Origin: Camelus ferus
Taxonomy: Eukaryota
Assembly: GCF_009834535.1 (NCBI RefSeq)
Contig: NC_045696.1
Coordinates: 40,426,001-40,490,000, forward strand
Direction: 5' to 3'
DNA: 64,000 nt
Shown: one piece after another, positions 1 through 13,194 of the stretch
Numbering within the stretch: position 1 is the first letter of the stretch
Layout of the letters: the number at the start of each line of letters is the position of its first letter
Made by a program: the position numbers and the translations under genes
Notes under the pieces: model-generated
Told to the model about the DNA's origin: nothing
What the model saw: only the letters and a program-made list of their open reading frames with translations
Database searches by the model: none

Positions 1-337
1 GTCTTCATTCTAGGCTTGCTCTGTTCCAGCAGAAATTCAGGGGTTGCAACACAATGAGAGAGGGCAGAATTTACATTCAGGGACAACTAGCAGTCCGTCC
101 CGTAGCTTACAATCCCACCAATTGCCTTCATTGGACAGAGCCTACTCTTGCCTGGTTTTCATCTCTTTGTTTTCTATTGAAAAATAACACATTCCTTTCC
201 ATTTGTCTTCTGCTCATGAAGTTCTGCTGATACAGACTCTGTTTCCTTTTCTTTTTCCTTCCTTCTTTCTCTTGGTAAACCCCGGTCACTTGCCTGCTGG
301 TTTTCACCGTGTTGGTGCATGCTTTCCTCCATAGGTG

Positions 338-665
338 ATGGCTGTGCCGCCGGCGCCTCTGAAGCTGCTGGGGGTGCTGCTCATCATTTCCCTGGGCTCC
401 GTCAGGCTCACCCAAGCTGGTGCCTACTATGGAATCAAGCCGCTGCCACCTCAAATCCCTCCTCAGATCCCACCGCAAATTCCACAGTACCAGCCCCTGG
501 GCCAGCAAGTACCTCATATGCCTCTGGTCAAAGATGGCCTTAACGTGGGCAAGGAGCTGCCCCACATGCAGTACGGCAAGGAGTATCCACATCTACCCCA
601 ATATATGAAGGAAATTCAGCCGGCGCCAAGAATGGGCAAGGAAGCAGCACCTAAGAAAGGCAAAG
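338..665 (+). CDS. COL8A1: Collagen alpha-1(VIII), first coding exon (signal peptide + NC2 domain)
   Basis: Acceptor tttcctccatag ends at 334 and ATG is at 338. Translation is MAVPPAPLKLLGVLLIISLGSVRLTQAGAYYGIKPLPPQIPPQ...PKKGK. Donor G|gtaac at 665/666, 328 nt, phase 1. Confidence 0.97.
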
Positions 666-814
666 GTAACGTCATACTCTGGTGTTGTTATAAAACAGCA
701 GCTTTCCAAAATCCTAAACTATGAGATTGGGGTGGTGGTGCTAAATCTTATTTTATTTTAGCGTGTGTGACTGACATTCATGAAATGCCTACTGTATTCA
801 AAACTCTATCCCTT

Positions 815-945
815 AGTAGTGATGATTACCCAGTAATATGAATGTACTCCATGCCACTAAATTATATGCTTAAAAATGATGGAAATGTTAAATTTTGTTA
901 TGTGTATTTCACCACAATAAAAAGATCAAAATAAAAGAATAATAA
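815..945 (+). mobile_element. Old L1 3'-end fragment (L1MB/L1MC-like)
   Basis: Typical L1M tail aatgtactccatgccactaaattatatgcttaaaaatg...ttatgtgtatttcaccacaataaaa; similar to the tail at 13830-13925. Confidence 0.7.
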
Positions 946-951
946 ATTCAA

Positions 952-1068
952 GGGAGGTGGGTTTAGCTCTATGGTAAAGTGCATGCTTAGCAAATGCATG
1001 AGGTCCTGGGTTTAATCCCCAGTACCTCCATTAAAAAGAAAAAAAGAAAAAAAAATACATAAAAAAAA
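952..1068 (+). mobile_element. tRNA-Ala(AGC)-derived SINE, Vic-1-like (camelid)
   Basis: A box tagctctatgg, gcatgcttagc anticodon arm, degenerate B box ggtttaatccc, ends cctcca followed by an A-rich tail. Similar to the copy at 40007. Confidence 0.8.
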
Positions 1069-1104
1069 CTCTACCCTTGAAAAGTTCAAGCCTTAAAGAA
1101 AACT

Positions 1105-1690
1105 ATAATTTGGAAAGACACATGTACCCCAATGTTCATAGCAACACTATTCACAATAGCCAAGACATGGAAATAAACTAAATGTCCATCAACAGATGAA
1201 TATGTAGTATATATATACAATGGAATATTACTCAGCCATATAAAGAATGAAATAATGCCATTTGCAACAACATGGATGGACTTAGAGATTATTTATTAAG
1301 TGAAGTAAGTCAGACAGAGAAAGACAAATATCATATGATATCACTAATATATGGAATAAAAAAAATCCTATTTACAACCCAAAACCAGACTCACAGACAT
1401 AGAAAACAAACTATGGTTACCAAAGGGGAAAGGGCAGGATGGGATAAATTAAGGGTTGGGGATTAACAGACACATATTACTATATATAAAATAAACAACA
1501 AGGACCTACTGTATTGCACAGGGAACTATATTCAATTTCTTATAACATCATATTGGAAAAGAATCTGAAAAGGAAAAAAATATATATGTATAACTGAATC
1601 ATGCTGTACACCTGAAACTATCATTGTAAATTGACTACACTTCAATAAAAAATTAGAATTTAAAAAATAAAAATAGAAAACATTAATTAA
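1105..1690 (+). mobile_element. L1 3' fragment (end of ORF2 + 3' UTR)
   Basis: Classic motifs ccaatgttcatagcaacactattcacaatagccaagacatggaa and atgccatttgcaacaacatggatggac, then acagggaactatattcaa and aataaa plus A tail. Confidence 0.92.
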
Positions 1691-2519
1691 ATGTAAAATT
1701 TTTTAAAAAGAATATCATATGAAAGCATTTTGCAAACTAGATGCCAGATAAATGTTTTTAAGACTGTTCTAATTGAATTGCTATATATGTCTCTCAATAA
1801 TTGACAGAGGAACCTGTAGAGTACAGGCTGCATCTAGAGATGGTAACTGAAACTCTCTCCATTACTTTCTAGGCATATTCATCAGTTATTCAACACCTGC
1901 AAAGTGCCTATCACTGTGAGAGACACTTTCTTAAAAATTCAGTTGGTTTATCTGGCATTCTAGGAAACCCAGCATTTGTAGGAAAGGAACTGCATCAGAG
2001 TAGCAATCCCGCTGAGGACATAGAAATCATTCCCACTGATTCTGGCAAAAGGAGGAAGCTCTACCTCTGGGGAACTAATGGGTTTGGTGCTAAGAGGCCT
2101 GGATGCCTACAGGCCAAAAGTGAGACACACCTAGCCATTTAACCTCTCTGAAAGTACATTTCTTCATCTATAAAGTAAGATAATTGAGAGAATCAATGAC
2201 ATAAGGGAAGTAAAAGTACTAAATAAATGCTAAAGCACCATAAGAACTTTGAGTTGCTACAGCTGGTCGTTCAATAAACCCTAAGTAAGAACAGAGTATC
2301 TTCCAGGCACATGCTAGACACCAGGATTCCTGCTGAATAAGATGTGACCCTGCCAAATGCTCTCTTGATATAGGAGCTACACAATTCCTGCTTAGAAACA
2401 GCACACCTTAATAGTACCATAGAATACCTATTAGCATAAAAGAAGTATTCACAGTTCTCTTTAGCAGGTGATATTCCACTTAAGGGATTATCTTGGCCAT
2501 TTGTTTTCCTTCCTTTCTT

Positions 2520-2624
2520 TCTTTCCTTCTTTTTTTTTTTTAACTTTTTTTTATTGAGTAATAGTCATTTTACAATGTTGTGTCAAATTTCAGTGTAGAG
2601 CACAATTTTTCAGTTATACATGAA
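2520..2624 (-). mobile_element. Very short 5'-truncated L1 3' end with target-site duplication
   Basis: Poly-T and tttattgag...ttacaatgttgtgtcaaattt, flanked by ccttcctttctt at 2508-2519 and 2625-2636. Confidence 0.8.
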
Positions 2625-4050
2625 CCTTCCTTTCTTGAATGGCCTGCCTGGCTTTTGGCAATTCCTGTATTTATTCAGATGGGTACCACACTGCAATTGG
2701 GGAATTTGGAAAAAATGAATCCTATGGTTCTATTCTGTTCTCTAACAGTAGCTCAGTGAAAGATACAATGGTCAGGATTAAAAGGCAACTGCTGGTTAAA
2801 ATAAGACTTTGGGACCATAGATTTTCTTGCTTTATGTCATTCATTACTCCCAGTAGCATGGAATATCCAGAGCTGTATTTCTCTGCAAGGCACAGCATAA
2901 TCATTACAATAACATGTGCTTTGTATTTTAATAACCGTTCAAGAAAGCATAAGGCCTTTCACATCTATTATCTAATCTTGTAGTGTGGGTGTATTATTTT
3001 TGCTGTACAGATAGGCAAACCGAGACACTGAAGGTGACCCACTAAAGTGAGACATTTAATTGACCAGTCAAGATCTCATTTCAAGACAGGAAGAGAAGTT
3101 GAGCTTCCTGCTCCTAATCCCAGCTCAATTTCTTATCCATACTGCTTATCACCCTAAAATAACTTATTCACATCTCCTATTTGAAAAACCAAATTTGTAA
3201 ATGAGAAATAACCTATTAAAGAATTAATATTTGAGGCTTAGGAAATCCTACAGTATATTAAAGAAATAAAGTCATCTATTTGACTCTAGAGGACAGATGT
3301 AGAAGATGTTATTAAGCCACATACAAAATAAAATGCTTCTGTTCTTCCCTGAATCCACATGATAATGACCTTCATCCTCTACATCACATTGTATTTCAGC
3401 ACAAGAGGAAATATTATTTTGTCATAAATTATATTTAGAAAATCAAGGACATGGAAAATGCAGTCTAACATTAAAAATAGAAAAAATAAAAATGAATAAC
3501 GACTCCAACATTGTTTAAAATACACACACTATATATTTTTCATTTTTAGTATATATTATATATATGTGTGTGTGTACAACATATATATACCTAGAACACA
3601 TGAGATGGAAATACATATAAATGTTAAGCTATTATCTCTGAGTAGTGGGTTTATAGGCAACTTTGACTTTTCTTTATCCTTTTTTGAATTCTTTATTGTG
3701 AACATACCACATTATCTCCAAGTTTTGTATTAGAGAAAAATGTTTATTACTTTTTAGCTCTTTTACTTAACCAGCGCTGATAGAAACAGCTGCAGATACT
3801 AGTTCTCAAAACAGTATCTCAAATATGATGAAGAAATTACCAGCTGATTGTCCATGAAGTACTGATAACAGACAGTCCTGAAACCTGAACACATCATTCC
3901 TAGTTTTTCCTCTCGTTAAGTGATAGACAAATGTGTCGGAACTAAATAATGATTGAAATGAAGTGAAATACAATCAGTATTAATCTCTCTCCCTCTCTCT
4001 TTTCCTCTCTTCCTGCCTCCCTCTTTCTCTCTTTTCCTGTTTCCCAGTAG

Positions 4051-5957
4051 AAATACCATTAGCCAGTTTACGAGGGGAGCAAGGTCCCCGTGGAGAGCCT
4101 GGCCCAAGAGGACCACCTGGGCCCCCTGGTTTACCAGGTCATGGGATACCTGGAATCAAAGGAAAACCAGGGCCACAGGGATATCCAGGAATTGGAAAGC
4201 CAGGTATGCCTGGAATGCCAGGAAAGCCAGGAGCCATGGGAATGCCTGGGGCAAAAGGCGAAATTGGACCCAAAGGGGAGATTGGGCCTATGGGGATCCC
4301 AGGACCGCAAGGCCCTCCAGGGCCTCACGGACTTCCTGGTATTGGGAAGCCAGGTGGGCCAGGGTTACCAGGGCAACCAGGTGCCAAGGGTGAGCGAGGA
4401 CCTAAAGGACCACCAGGACCTCCAGGCCTTCAGGGTCCTAAAGGAGAGAAGGGCTTTGGGATGCCAGGTTTGCCAGGCCTGAAGGGTCCTCCAGGGATGC
4501 ACGGCCCTCCTGGCCCTGTCGGACTTCCAGGAGTGGGCAAACCAGGAGTGACAGGCTTCCCTGGGCCCCAGGGCCCCCTGGGAAAGCCAGGCCCTCCAGG
4601 CGAACCTGGGCCACAAGGCCCTATTGGGGTCCCAGGAGTTCAAGGACCTCCTGGGATGCCCGGAGTTGGAAAACCAGGCCAGGACGGGATCCCAGGCCAG
4701 CCAGGATTTCCAGGTGGCAAAGGGGAGCAAGGACTGCCAGGGCTGCCAGGACCCCCAGGCCTTCCGGGGATTGGGAAACCAGGCTTCCCAGGACCCAAAG
4801 GTGACAGAGGTGTAGGGGGTGTTCCTGGGGCTCTGGGGCCAAGAGGAGAGAAAGGACCAGTAGGTGCCCCTGGAATGGGGGGTCCTCCAGGAGAGCCAGG
4901 CCTGCCTGGAATCCCAGGTCCCATGGGCCCTCCAGGTGCAATTGGTTTTCCAGGACCCAAAGGAGAAGGTGGGATTGTGGGGCCACAGGGGCCACCAGGT
5001 CCCAAGGGTGAGCCAGGGCTTCAAGGCTTCCCAGGAAAGCCAGGTTTCCTTGGTGAAGTGGGGCCCCCGGGCATGAGGGGTTTGCCAGGTCCCATAGGGC
5101 CCAAGGGGGAAGCTGGGCACAAAGGTTTGCCAGGGCTCCCCGGTGCTCCAGGGCTGCTTGGACCGAAGGGAGAACCAGGAATCCCGGGGGCTCAGGGTTT
5201 GCAGGGCCCTCCAGGCATCCCAGGGATTGCAGGACCGAGTGGTCCCATTGGACCACCTGGAATTCCAGGCCCCAAAGGGGAACCGGGCCTCCCAGGCCCC
5301 CCTGGGTTCCCTGGAGTAGGGAAGCCTGGAGTAGCAGGACTACATGGCCCCCCAGGGAAGCCTGGTGCCCTTGGTCCCCAAGGCCAGCCTGGCCTTCCAG
5401 GGCCCCCAGGCCCTCCCGGCCCCCCAGGCCTCCCAGCTGTGATGCCCCCAACACCACCACCCCATGGAGAGTATCTGCCTGATATGGGGCTGGGAATTGA
5501 TGGAGTGAAACCCCCCCACGCCTATGGGGCTAAGAAAGGCAAGAACGGAGGGCCAGCCTACGAGATGCCTGCATTTACTGCTGAGCTGACTGCACCTTTC
5601 CCACCTGTGGGGGCCCCCGTGAAGTTTGACAAACTGCTCTATAACGGCAGACAGAACTACAACCCACAGACGGGCATCTTCACCTGCGAGGTCCCCGGGG
5701 TCTACTACTTTGCATACCATGTTCACTGCAAGGGGGGCAACGTGTGGGTTGCTCTGTTCAAGAACAACGAGCCCATGATGTACACGTACGATGAGTACAA
5801 GAAGGGCTTTCTGGACCAGGCGTCCGGGAGTGCGGTGCTGCTGCTTCGGCCCGGAGACCGCGTGTTCCTCCAGATGCCCTCTGAACAGGCTGCGGGACTG
5901 TATGCTGGGCAGTACGTCCATTCCTCTTTTTCAGGATATTTATTGTATCCCATGTAA
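4051..5957 (+). CDS. COL8A1: Collagen alpha-1(VIII), last exon: Gly-X-Y triple helix and C1q-type NC1 domain
   Basis: Long pyrimidine tract then cagtag|. Splicing gives (G+AA)[17 protein letters not shown]..., Gly-X-Y repeats, then C1q motifs ([38 protein letters not shown]) and TAA at 5955-5957. 328+1907 nt = 744 aa plus stop. Confidence 0.98.
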
Positions 5958-8690
5958 AAAAGAAAAAAGAGAGAGATATAATAGAAGAAAAGAAAATGAT
6001 GCACCAAAACATCCAAATGAAAAACATAATTGCTTCAAAACATTTATATAGTTGGAAAGTTATATTTAAGTGAAAATTTGAACCATCATGTACAAATAAA
6101 AACTAAGATGCATGTTTAGTGCTCTGCACAGCAGCTTGTCATTGAAAATGATGGGATAGATTTTATGTATCAAGTACTGACACTTGTGTTGTACCCACTG
6201 GAATCATATTAGCTGTTGTATGTTATGTGCTTCCATGATAACCTGCTTATTCAGATCAAAGTATTTCAGTATGAAGGATTATAGCTAATGAAAGTCACTC
6301 ACTCATATTGTTTACTTCAAAATATTTATAAATATGGCTTAAAGAAATGTCAATGATAACAATTACATACCGTATTTACTTGCATAATTTCCTCTGTATT
6401 TGCCCAGATATTTTGTCACAGAATGTGGGGAGGAGTTCTGCAATGTTACCCACCCCCCCAGTAAGAGGGGGACCAGGATCCAGGAACCAGGGTAGGGCTT
6501 TAGTCCAAGGCATATTTCTCCCCTGTCTGAGGCTGTGTCTTTTAGCAACGAGTCCTATTCACAATTGCGTGTCTGGTGTCCCTAGAAGAACAAGAGAACC
6601 AATCAACTGTAGTGTATTTACTAGTGCTTTCTCTCTGACTAGAACTGGAGAGACACTTCTGTGGGACCTAAGACAGTGCTCCTAAAGGAGCTAGCAAATC
6701 AGCTGGGAGGCATGAGCAATAATTAACTGATTTATTCCTCAAGGGTTCTTTTTGCTTGTTTTTTTTTCCTGTGATTTTTATTTTTTCTTCTTCCCTCCAT
6801 GTAATTTCCATTATGGCCCAACTAATATAAACACCTGGAAGTCATAAGAAAAAAATAACCCTCTCCCCCCATAACTTTCCAGTTTTGTGGAATGTTCACT
6901 ATCAATAGCAGTTATTGTGTTTATATGCATATAATGCTCCCCTTCCTCTGCCTACACACTCAAATGATGACGATGAGGTTTCATCCATGAAGGGGATATC
7001 AATACTTCTTAGTAGCCGTTGAACTTTGAAGAAATTTCCCTGTATAGTACCTATGCAAACCAGTGTGTTGTCTGATGTTCCAAAGTGAACTTCCCAAATC
7101 CAAGCCATCCTTTATTTGGGGAAGGGCAAGGGGGAGTTTCAGAATTACATAGAAAAATAATTTTATTTTGAAAAATAATTTCTGAAGTTTTAAATTAAAA
7201 AATAGATGTACTACTTCCTGCTGTAGGTACTAAAATTGCAGGAAAAGAACTGTTTCTTTAGAAGTAACCTGTGGAAGAGCTATCTGGAATGTCAAAGGGC
7301 AATGACGGCCCATGCTTTTTATGTCACCCCTGTACTAAGTATAGGAGTCAATACGAGTTTAAAGTGAAAAATAAATATTTTTCCAGGTTTTCACTTAAGT
7401 ATATACTAACTGCTTCGCACATTCAAATCTGGTCTCAGAAACGAAGCATCTCAGGTCGGCTAAGAGTCTGCTGCTGACGCTGTAAGCCACTGAGGGGAAA
7501 TAATGTGGGGCTCTGGTGGTGGAATCTTGTATCTCTTTCTAAAAATTAAGAGTGAGGAAATGAGGGGATAGGTACAGATGGGAAAATACACAAATAAATA
7601 CGGTATTAAACACACATGGAATTGTGTCTATATTAAATCTGAATCATTTTTAAGCATCAAGAAAATTCTCCTCAGCCTAATATCTCTTTTTCCCGTATGG
7701 TATACCAGCGCCATTATGTCTCCACTTCTTAAACAGAGAAATTAGTTCATCACCACACAGTTTCTTCATGGCTAACTCTATGTCAAGCTTTTCCCAGTAA
7801 AAAGATGTCCCACCTAACCTTCGTTTTCAAAGTAGACAGCATGGATGTAGTCAAATATCCTTTGGGTTGGTCTTAAGGATGCTGGTTTAGGGCTGATGAC
7901 TACGGGGGTCACATGGATCCACTGGGCTCCGACTGCTGAATAGCTGCATTGAAATGGCTTGGAAGCAAGTCATATCAGCTGATTTGTAAAACTGTATTTA
8001 TCTGTACATGTATGGGCTTTTTATTTCCACCAAGAGAGAAAGTACCTCTTGAGTTAAAACCAAACTTCACTTTCAAATACCTTCCAACTTATTTATTAGT
8101 TGTTACTCAATTGCCTTTGTGTGTGTGTGTGTGCGTGTATTATCAGGCATATGCTTCTAACTTTTAGATAGGGGAGGAGCAAAATATATGCCAGATTCTG
8201 TGTATTCTACAATGGTGCTAATCTCAGAGCTAAATGAATTACTCCATTTAATTTAAAAAAGAGTTTTAAATAATTATGTATCTGTGTTGCCCTTTTGAGT
8301 GTTGCACATCATGTTAACACATTTAGTGTAAAAGCAGATGAAACAATCACATGTTCTAAAGCCTAGGGATACTGCTACAATCCCTATTTTATTCAAAATT
8401 AACTAGAACTTTTCCATGTGAAACTGGACCAAACTGGCAATATTGTTATTTAAATACAGAGTTTTAATGCAGTATGACATCCCACAGGGGAAAAGAATGT
8501 CCGCAGTGGGTGACTGTTCTCAAATATTTCACAGAATACCAAGAACAGTGAACAGACTGGTAACTTTTTTGAGTTTCCACGATAGATTTGAGACTTGTCA
8601 ATAGCAAATCATTTTTGTATTTAAATATTTGTACTGATTTGGAAAAAAAGTCTTATTAAATACCTTTAAAAGTACGTTTCTCATCTTGTT
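5958..8690 (+). other. COL8A1: COL8A1 3' UTR (proximal AATAAA 6095-6100; probable distal ATTAAA 8655-8660)
   Basis: AT-rich, essentially repeat-free sequence after the stop. The distal ATTAAA is preceded by TGTA elements, and an LTR begins just after it. The end position is inferred. Confidence 0.65.
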
Positions 8691-8744
8691 CATATCACTC
8701 AGCTAACTCTGTTTGAACGTCATAACTTTTTATCCCCCAAGGTG

Positions 8745-9205
8745 TTTATTAGCTGCTAAAACAGAGACCTAAATCCCAGCTTAACCAGAACGAGTATTGA
8801 TCTTTGACATACCAGCTTCAAGCATAAACAGGCTAGATTTCATTTGGTAGCTTCAGCCAGGGCCGCAGGTTCCTTCTACTTTGTTACTTTTTCACCCTGA
8901 GGTGTGGCTCTCATCTCCAAGGTCCAGGATAGCTAACCATCACAGCCACATTCCAGCCAGTGGGAAGGAGAAAAAAATCAGGAAAGGGAGAGCATGATTC
9001 CTTCTTAAAGGAATCAACACAGCGGTTGCTTGGGCCTCCCACATCCCATGCTGCAAATTTAGTCACATTGCTACAGCCACCTGCAAGGGAGTATGGGAAA
9101 CTGAATATTTATTCAGGGCAACCACATGTCCAGTTAAAAATCAGAGGTTCTATTAATACGGAAGAAGAGAGAAAAGATATTAGGGAACAGTTAGCTGCTG
9201 CATCT
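8745..9205 (-). mobile_element. Ancient MaLR solo LTR (MLT1J/K/L-like)
   Basis: Motifs cacattccagccagtgggaagg, ttagtcacattgctacagccacctgcaagggag and aaaaatcagaggttctatta resemble old MLT1 LTRs. Confidence 0.6.
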
Positions 9206-9553
9206 GTCACATCCAACCTGAAAGGAAAAACTGCCACAGATCTCTTTTCTCCACAAGAAACCCATCTTCAAATACTCAATTTTATCATACTTTGCCACAC
9301 CAGAGACAAATATTTTGAGGGGAGGTAATGGTGAGTGGAGCTATAGAGCAGAAGCAGATCCGTTTCAAGAACCTAAGGGTCTTAATAAGTATCACTGATA
9401 AGGAAAGAATTCTTTCATGGTAACTTATCAAGCTCAGAGTGATTATAACTTATGTCTAGGATATTATAAAGAAGTTATTCAAATCATTCGACAAGCAAGT
9501 CTGCAGCACTAGTCTGTGACAGCTTAACTCACTTGTTTAAACCATCAATTTGG

Positions 9554-9744
9554 TTTTTTGTTGTTGAAGTGTAGTTGATTTACAATGTTAGTTTCAGGTG
9601 TACAGCAAAGCAATTCAGTTATATATAAACATACATACACATTTTTTCAGATGTTTTCCATTATATGTTATTACAAGAAACTGAATATAGTTCCCTGTGC
9701 TATACAGTACGTCCTTATTGTTTATCTATTTTATATATAGTAAT
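9554..9744 (-). mobile_element. 5'-truncated L1 3' end with TSD
   Basis: gttgatttacaatgttagtttcaggtgtacagc...tagttccctgtgctatacagta. Flanks tttaaaccatcaatttgg (9536-9553) and tttaaaccaacaatctgg (9745-9762). Confidence 0.85.
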
Positions 9745-12569
9745 TTTAAACCAACAATCTGGAAGCTCAAAACCACAAAAATTCCATTCCCACATAGAAC
9801 AACTAGCTCTATTTCATTCCATAGCCAAAGACTCTTTCATAGCATGGATCAGTCATCTCGTGTGCACACACTGTTGGTCACAAAAGTAAATGGAAAGAGA
9901 GATACAGGAGACAGAGTCAAGAAGGAATAAGCGGTTGGAATTTGGAATGCCGGATGAGCGGGGCAAATCCATCATTATAATGGGTCTATAGAATCCCTTA
10001 AAGGTAAAACAAAAGACAAAGTAGCCCCTACTTTGCACTTGATATTATTAGACGTGAGGGATACAAAAGCAACAGAAAATATGACCATTTTGTTTTAAAA
10101 TGTCTTCTGTTTGGAAGACATCAAGATGTTAAACAAACTGATTTCCAGGTGATACACAAACAAGGGTGGTGTGATGCCGACTGGCTGCATTCGTGCTAGT
10201 GAAGTTCAGAAAGAGAAAGACCAAGCCGTGCCGCTCCCTTCCTGGGAAGGCCTCCTCTGACCTGTCTGCTGGAGAATTCCTCCTCAGCCCTCAGGACACA
10301 GCACAAGCATCACCCCCTCTTCTCTATTGCTCAGATTTAGTCACCATCCTGCCTTGTACAATCTTCCGTCCCTTCACTTTTCCTGCTTTGCAACTGTACT
10401 GTTTGTCTCTCTTACTAGAGAGGGTGTAAAAATTCTTGAGAACACCTCGTTGTTTCATCTTTGCACCCACAGCTCATTGCAGAATGCTGATCCAGCACCA
10501 GGCTGTAGGGAAGAATGAATCTCTCAAGGCTGCTGTGGGAGGTAGTGTTAAACTCGACGTGAGGTGGGACTAAATCCAGATCTGAGATTATAAGATTATA
10601 CAGAAGATTATATATTCCAAGCTTACTTAGAAGCCTATTGTGGGATGAAACAATCTCAGATAAGGTTTTTTGGACATGACGTTTAGAGACATCATCTTCA
10701 GTTGGGATAGAATTTGGATGAATGAAACACAGGGCATCCCAAGAGGAATAGCCCTCTTCCTCTAATAGACAGAGGAGGAAACTGACATTGTGTGTGTGTG
10801 TGCATGTGTGTGTCTGGGGGGAAGGAGGCTGAGATAAGAGAAATGGCCTGACTAGATCAGAAGAGCTACTGAAGGATCAGTAAAGGAAATGGACTTAATA
10901 ACCAAAGAAGGGTCAAGTGATATAAGGCTTTACATATAGGAAAGATAGTTATATTTTATCTAATATGCAATAAGAAAACATTTTAGGTCATTAAGTGGGA
11001 AAATTACATGAAAATAAGTATTTTAGAAAAATTACTTTGATGATTCTATGGAGAAGGTAAGTTACAAGTAGCAAAACCAGTGAGGAACTCAGAACAGCTT
11101 CAAACAAGAGTGGGATGATGGGTTGATGGTTAAGGGGGCCGAACCAATCTCAAAGTGAGGGTCAGACGTCAGAGTTTAAGGCCTACATAACAATGGAGCT
11201 ACTTCAAGGGCTAGCAAATGGAATGAAGAAGAATGGAGAACTGAAGAGACAGTTGAAAGACTAGTCTGAACCTGGGGACAATCCCAGAATGGCCTTATGA
11301 GGGAGAAGGAAGCTTGACTCAAAGGTAGTTTCCTCTCACTGATACACTTGGAAAACAGGGATGGTACCACTGACAGAATTAGTCTACTGCGGAGCCTGCT
11401 CCAGGCAGGGAAAGAAGAGGATGCTCAGTTTACGTACAGACTCATGGGATTTACCTGACGGCAGGAGATGCCTGTGCCCCAGATGTGCATTTGCTAGAAA
11501 GGTGAAAGGTGGAGCCATGAGCCTGGAGAGAGACCTAGTGGCCTGTTGTAATAAGAGAGAGAAAAGACTCACTTGAAATCAGTAGCACCATTTGCAGACA
11601 CAAATGATTAAATTGCTTTAAAATGTCCTCCCTTACTTGCTGTAGGAGTTTATTTAACAAATCCTTTCGTCATAGATACAGCAAAGGGAAATGTCATCTC
11701 AATTCATACGGAATTACAATGAATTCCAAATACACAGGGCTGATAAAGAGTGTAAATCACGTTCTACTGTATTTCAGAAAAATTTTTCTCTTTAATGGTC
11801 CTTACGTCTCTAAAATTGCAAATGTTCGTGCTCATTTCGTATCACAGAAAAGAAAAATACCTATGGAGTAGCGTTAGATTATCTTTCTTCTAGCAAAGAG
11901 TTACACAGAATTTCTGAAGCTTTCATTTTCAAAACCAATATTTGTATCAGGATAAATTTTATGCTCAAATTATTCTTTATGATGTCAAATAGCTGTTAAT
12001 AATTTTTATTGTTAGAAACTATTTTTGCTACTTCCTGGAGATAAGGGCAATGAAATTTAAATTTAAAAAGTGGGTCACATCATCCCATTTTAACCATCCA
12101 TCCTGTTTTAACAAATTATTCAGAAGTTTCTCATGTGTGTTACTGAAACACAGAACCATCTAATAGAATTTTCCTTTGAGGCATCCAGAACCTTTCCAGA
12201 GGGATTTTTTTTTTCCCCTTTGCTACTTTAATACAAGTAAAAATAGATTTTTATTAGATTCAAAAGCACTTCTAAATTAAAGTTTATGATTCTTGTGGAG
12301 ACCTACAATTCACATACTTTGTTGAAACCACCAAGGCCTAAAAATTAATTTTATAATGATCACGGCCAAGTCAGTTCTCATCTGACAAGTGAGTGGCTGG
12401 CAGCAGCATTCACATCTGCTCTTCATTTGTGGGGTGAGAGACAAGATGGGGAAGGCTGCTGGAATGCCTACCAGGCTCCAACTGGCCGCTACTAGTAGCT
12501 GCCTTTCTTCACCAAGGACAATGCTGTTCTTGTCATTTGTTCTGCCAAACCAGAGTCACCATAGAACAT

Positions 12570-12945
12570 GTTAGGAGAGGGCTCTGGGGCCAGACTCAGA
12601 ACAAATCTTGGCTCCTCTATTTAGAAGCTGTGATACCTTGAGTCAATTATTTAACGTCTCTAAACTTCAGCTTTTGCACCTGTAAAACAGTAGGTAATAA
12701 CGGTACTTGGGAGGGTGCATGAAGATGTCGGTAACGACTGCTACAGTTTACTGGGTGACAACCCTGGACCAGAAATTCTTGAAGTAATTTTATGTATTAA
12801 CTTAGTTACTCCTTATAATACCTCTATTATTAGCCCCATTTTACAGCTGAAGAAACTGAGGCAAAGTAACTTGTCCAAGATGTAATAAATGACAATGCCA
12901 AGGTTTTAACTCAAGCGTCTGGCTCCACAGTCCATGTTCTGAGGT
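12570..12945. mobile_element. Two MIR SINE remnants in opposite orientation
   Basis: MIR core motifs gctgtgataccttgagtcaattatttaacgtctctaaacttcag and cccattttacagctgaagaaactgaggc. Confidence 0.7.
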
Positions 12946-13194
12946 ATCACGTCATATTGCCTAAAGGCAGGAGATACAATTTTCAGTTGCCTAAGAAGCA
13001 AACAACTGCCAGTGAGGGTTTAGAATATTAGCTTGCCTCAAAAGAAAGAGATGACCTCAGTTATTTCTTAGTCCTGACCAGAGACAACAGAGACAGACAG
13101 CTACCAGAAGACTGTATATTGACAGATGTCATGGTGACATCCTGACCCCTTAGAAGATATGAGGGCAGCTGGCTTTAAAAACTAAAGGGAACAC

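Noticed and set aside
736..743. TGGTGCTA miR-29 seed match
   Set aside because: Intronic, so not in the mature mRNA.
952..1030. Possible functional tRNA-Ala gene
   Set aside because: Insertion in the anticodon arm, degenerate B box and an A-rich tail indicate a SINE copy.
4090..6051. Long alternative-frame and antisense ORFs over COL8A1 (e.g. 4365-5120, 4621-5460, 4640-5005)
   Set aside because: Shadows of GC-rich Gly-Pro codon repeats; antisense GGN/CCN codons naturally give Pro/Gly frames with few stops.
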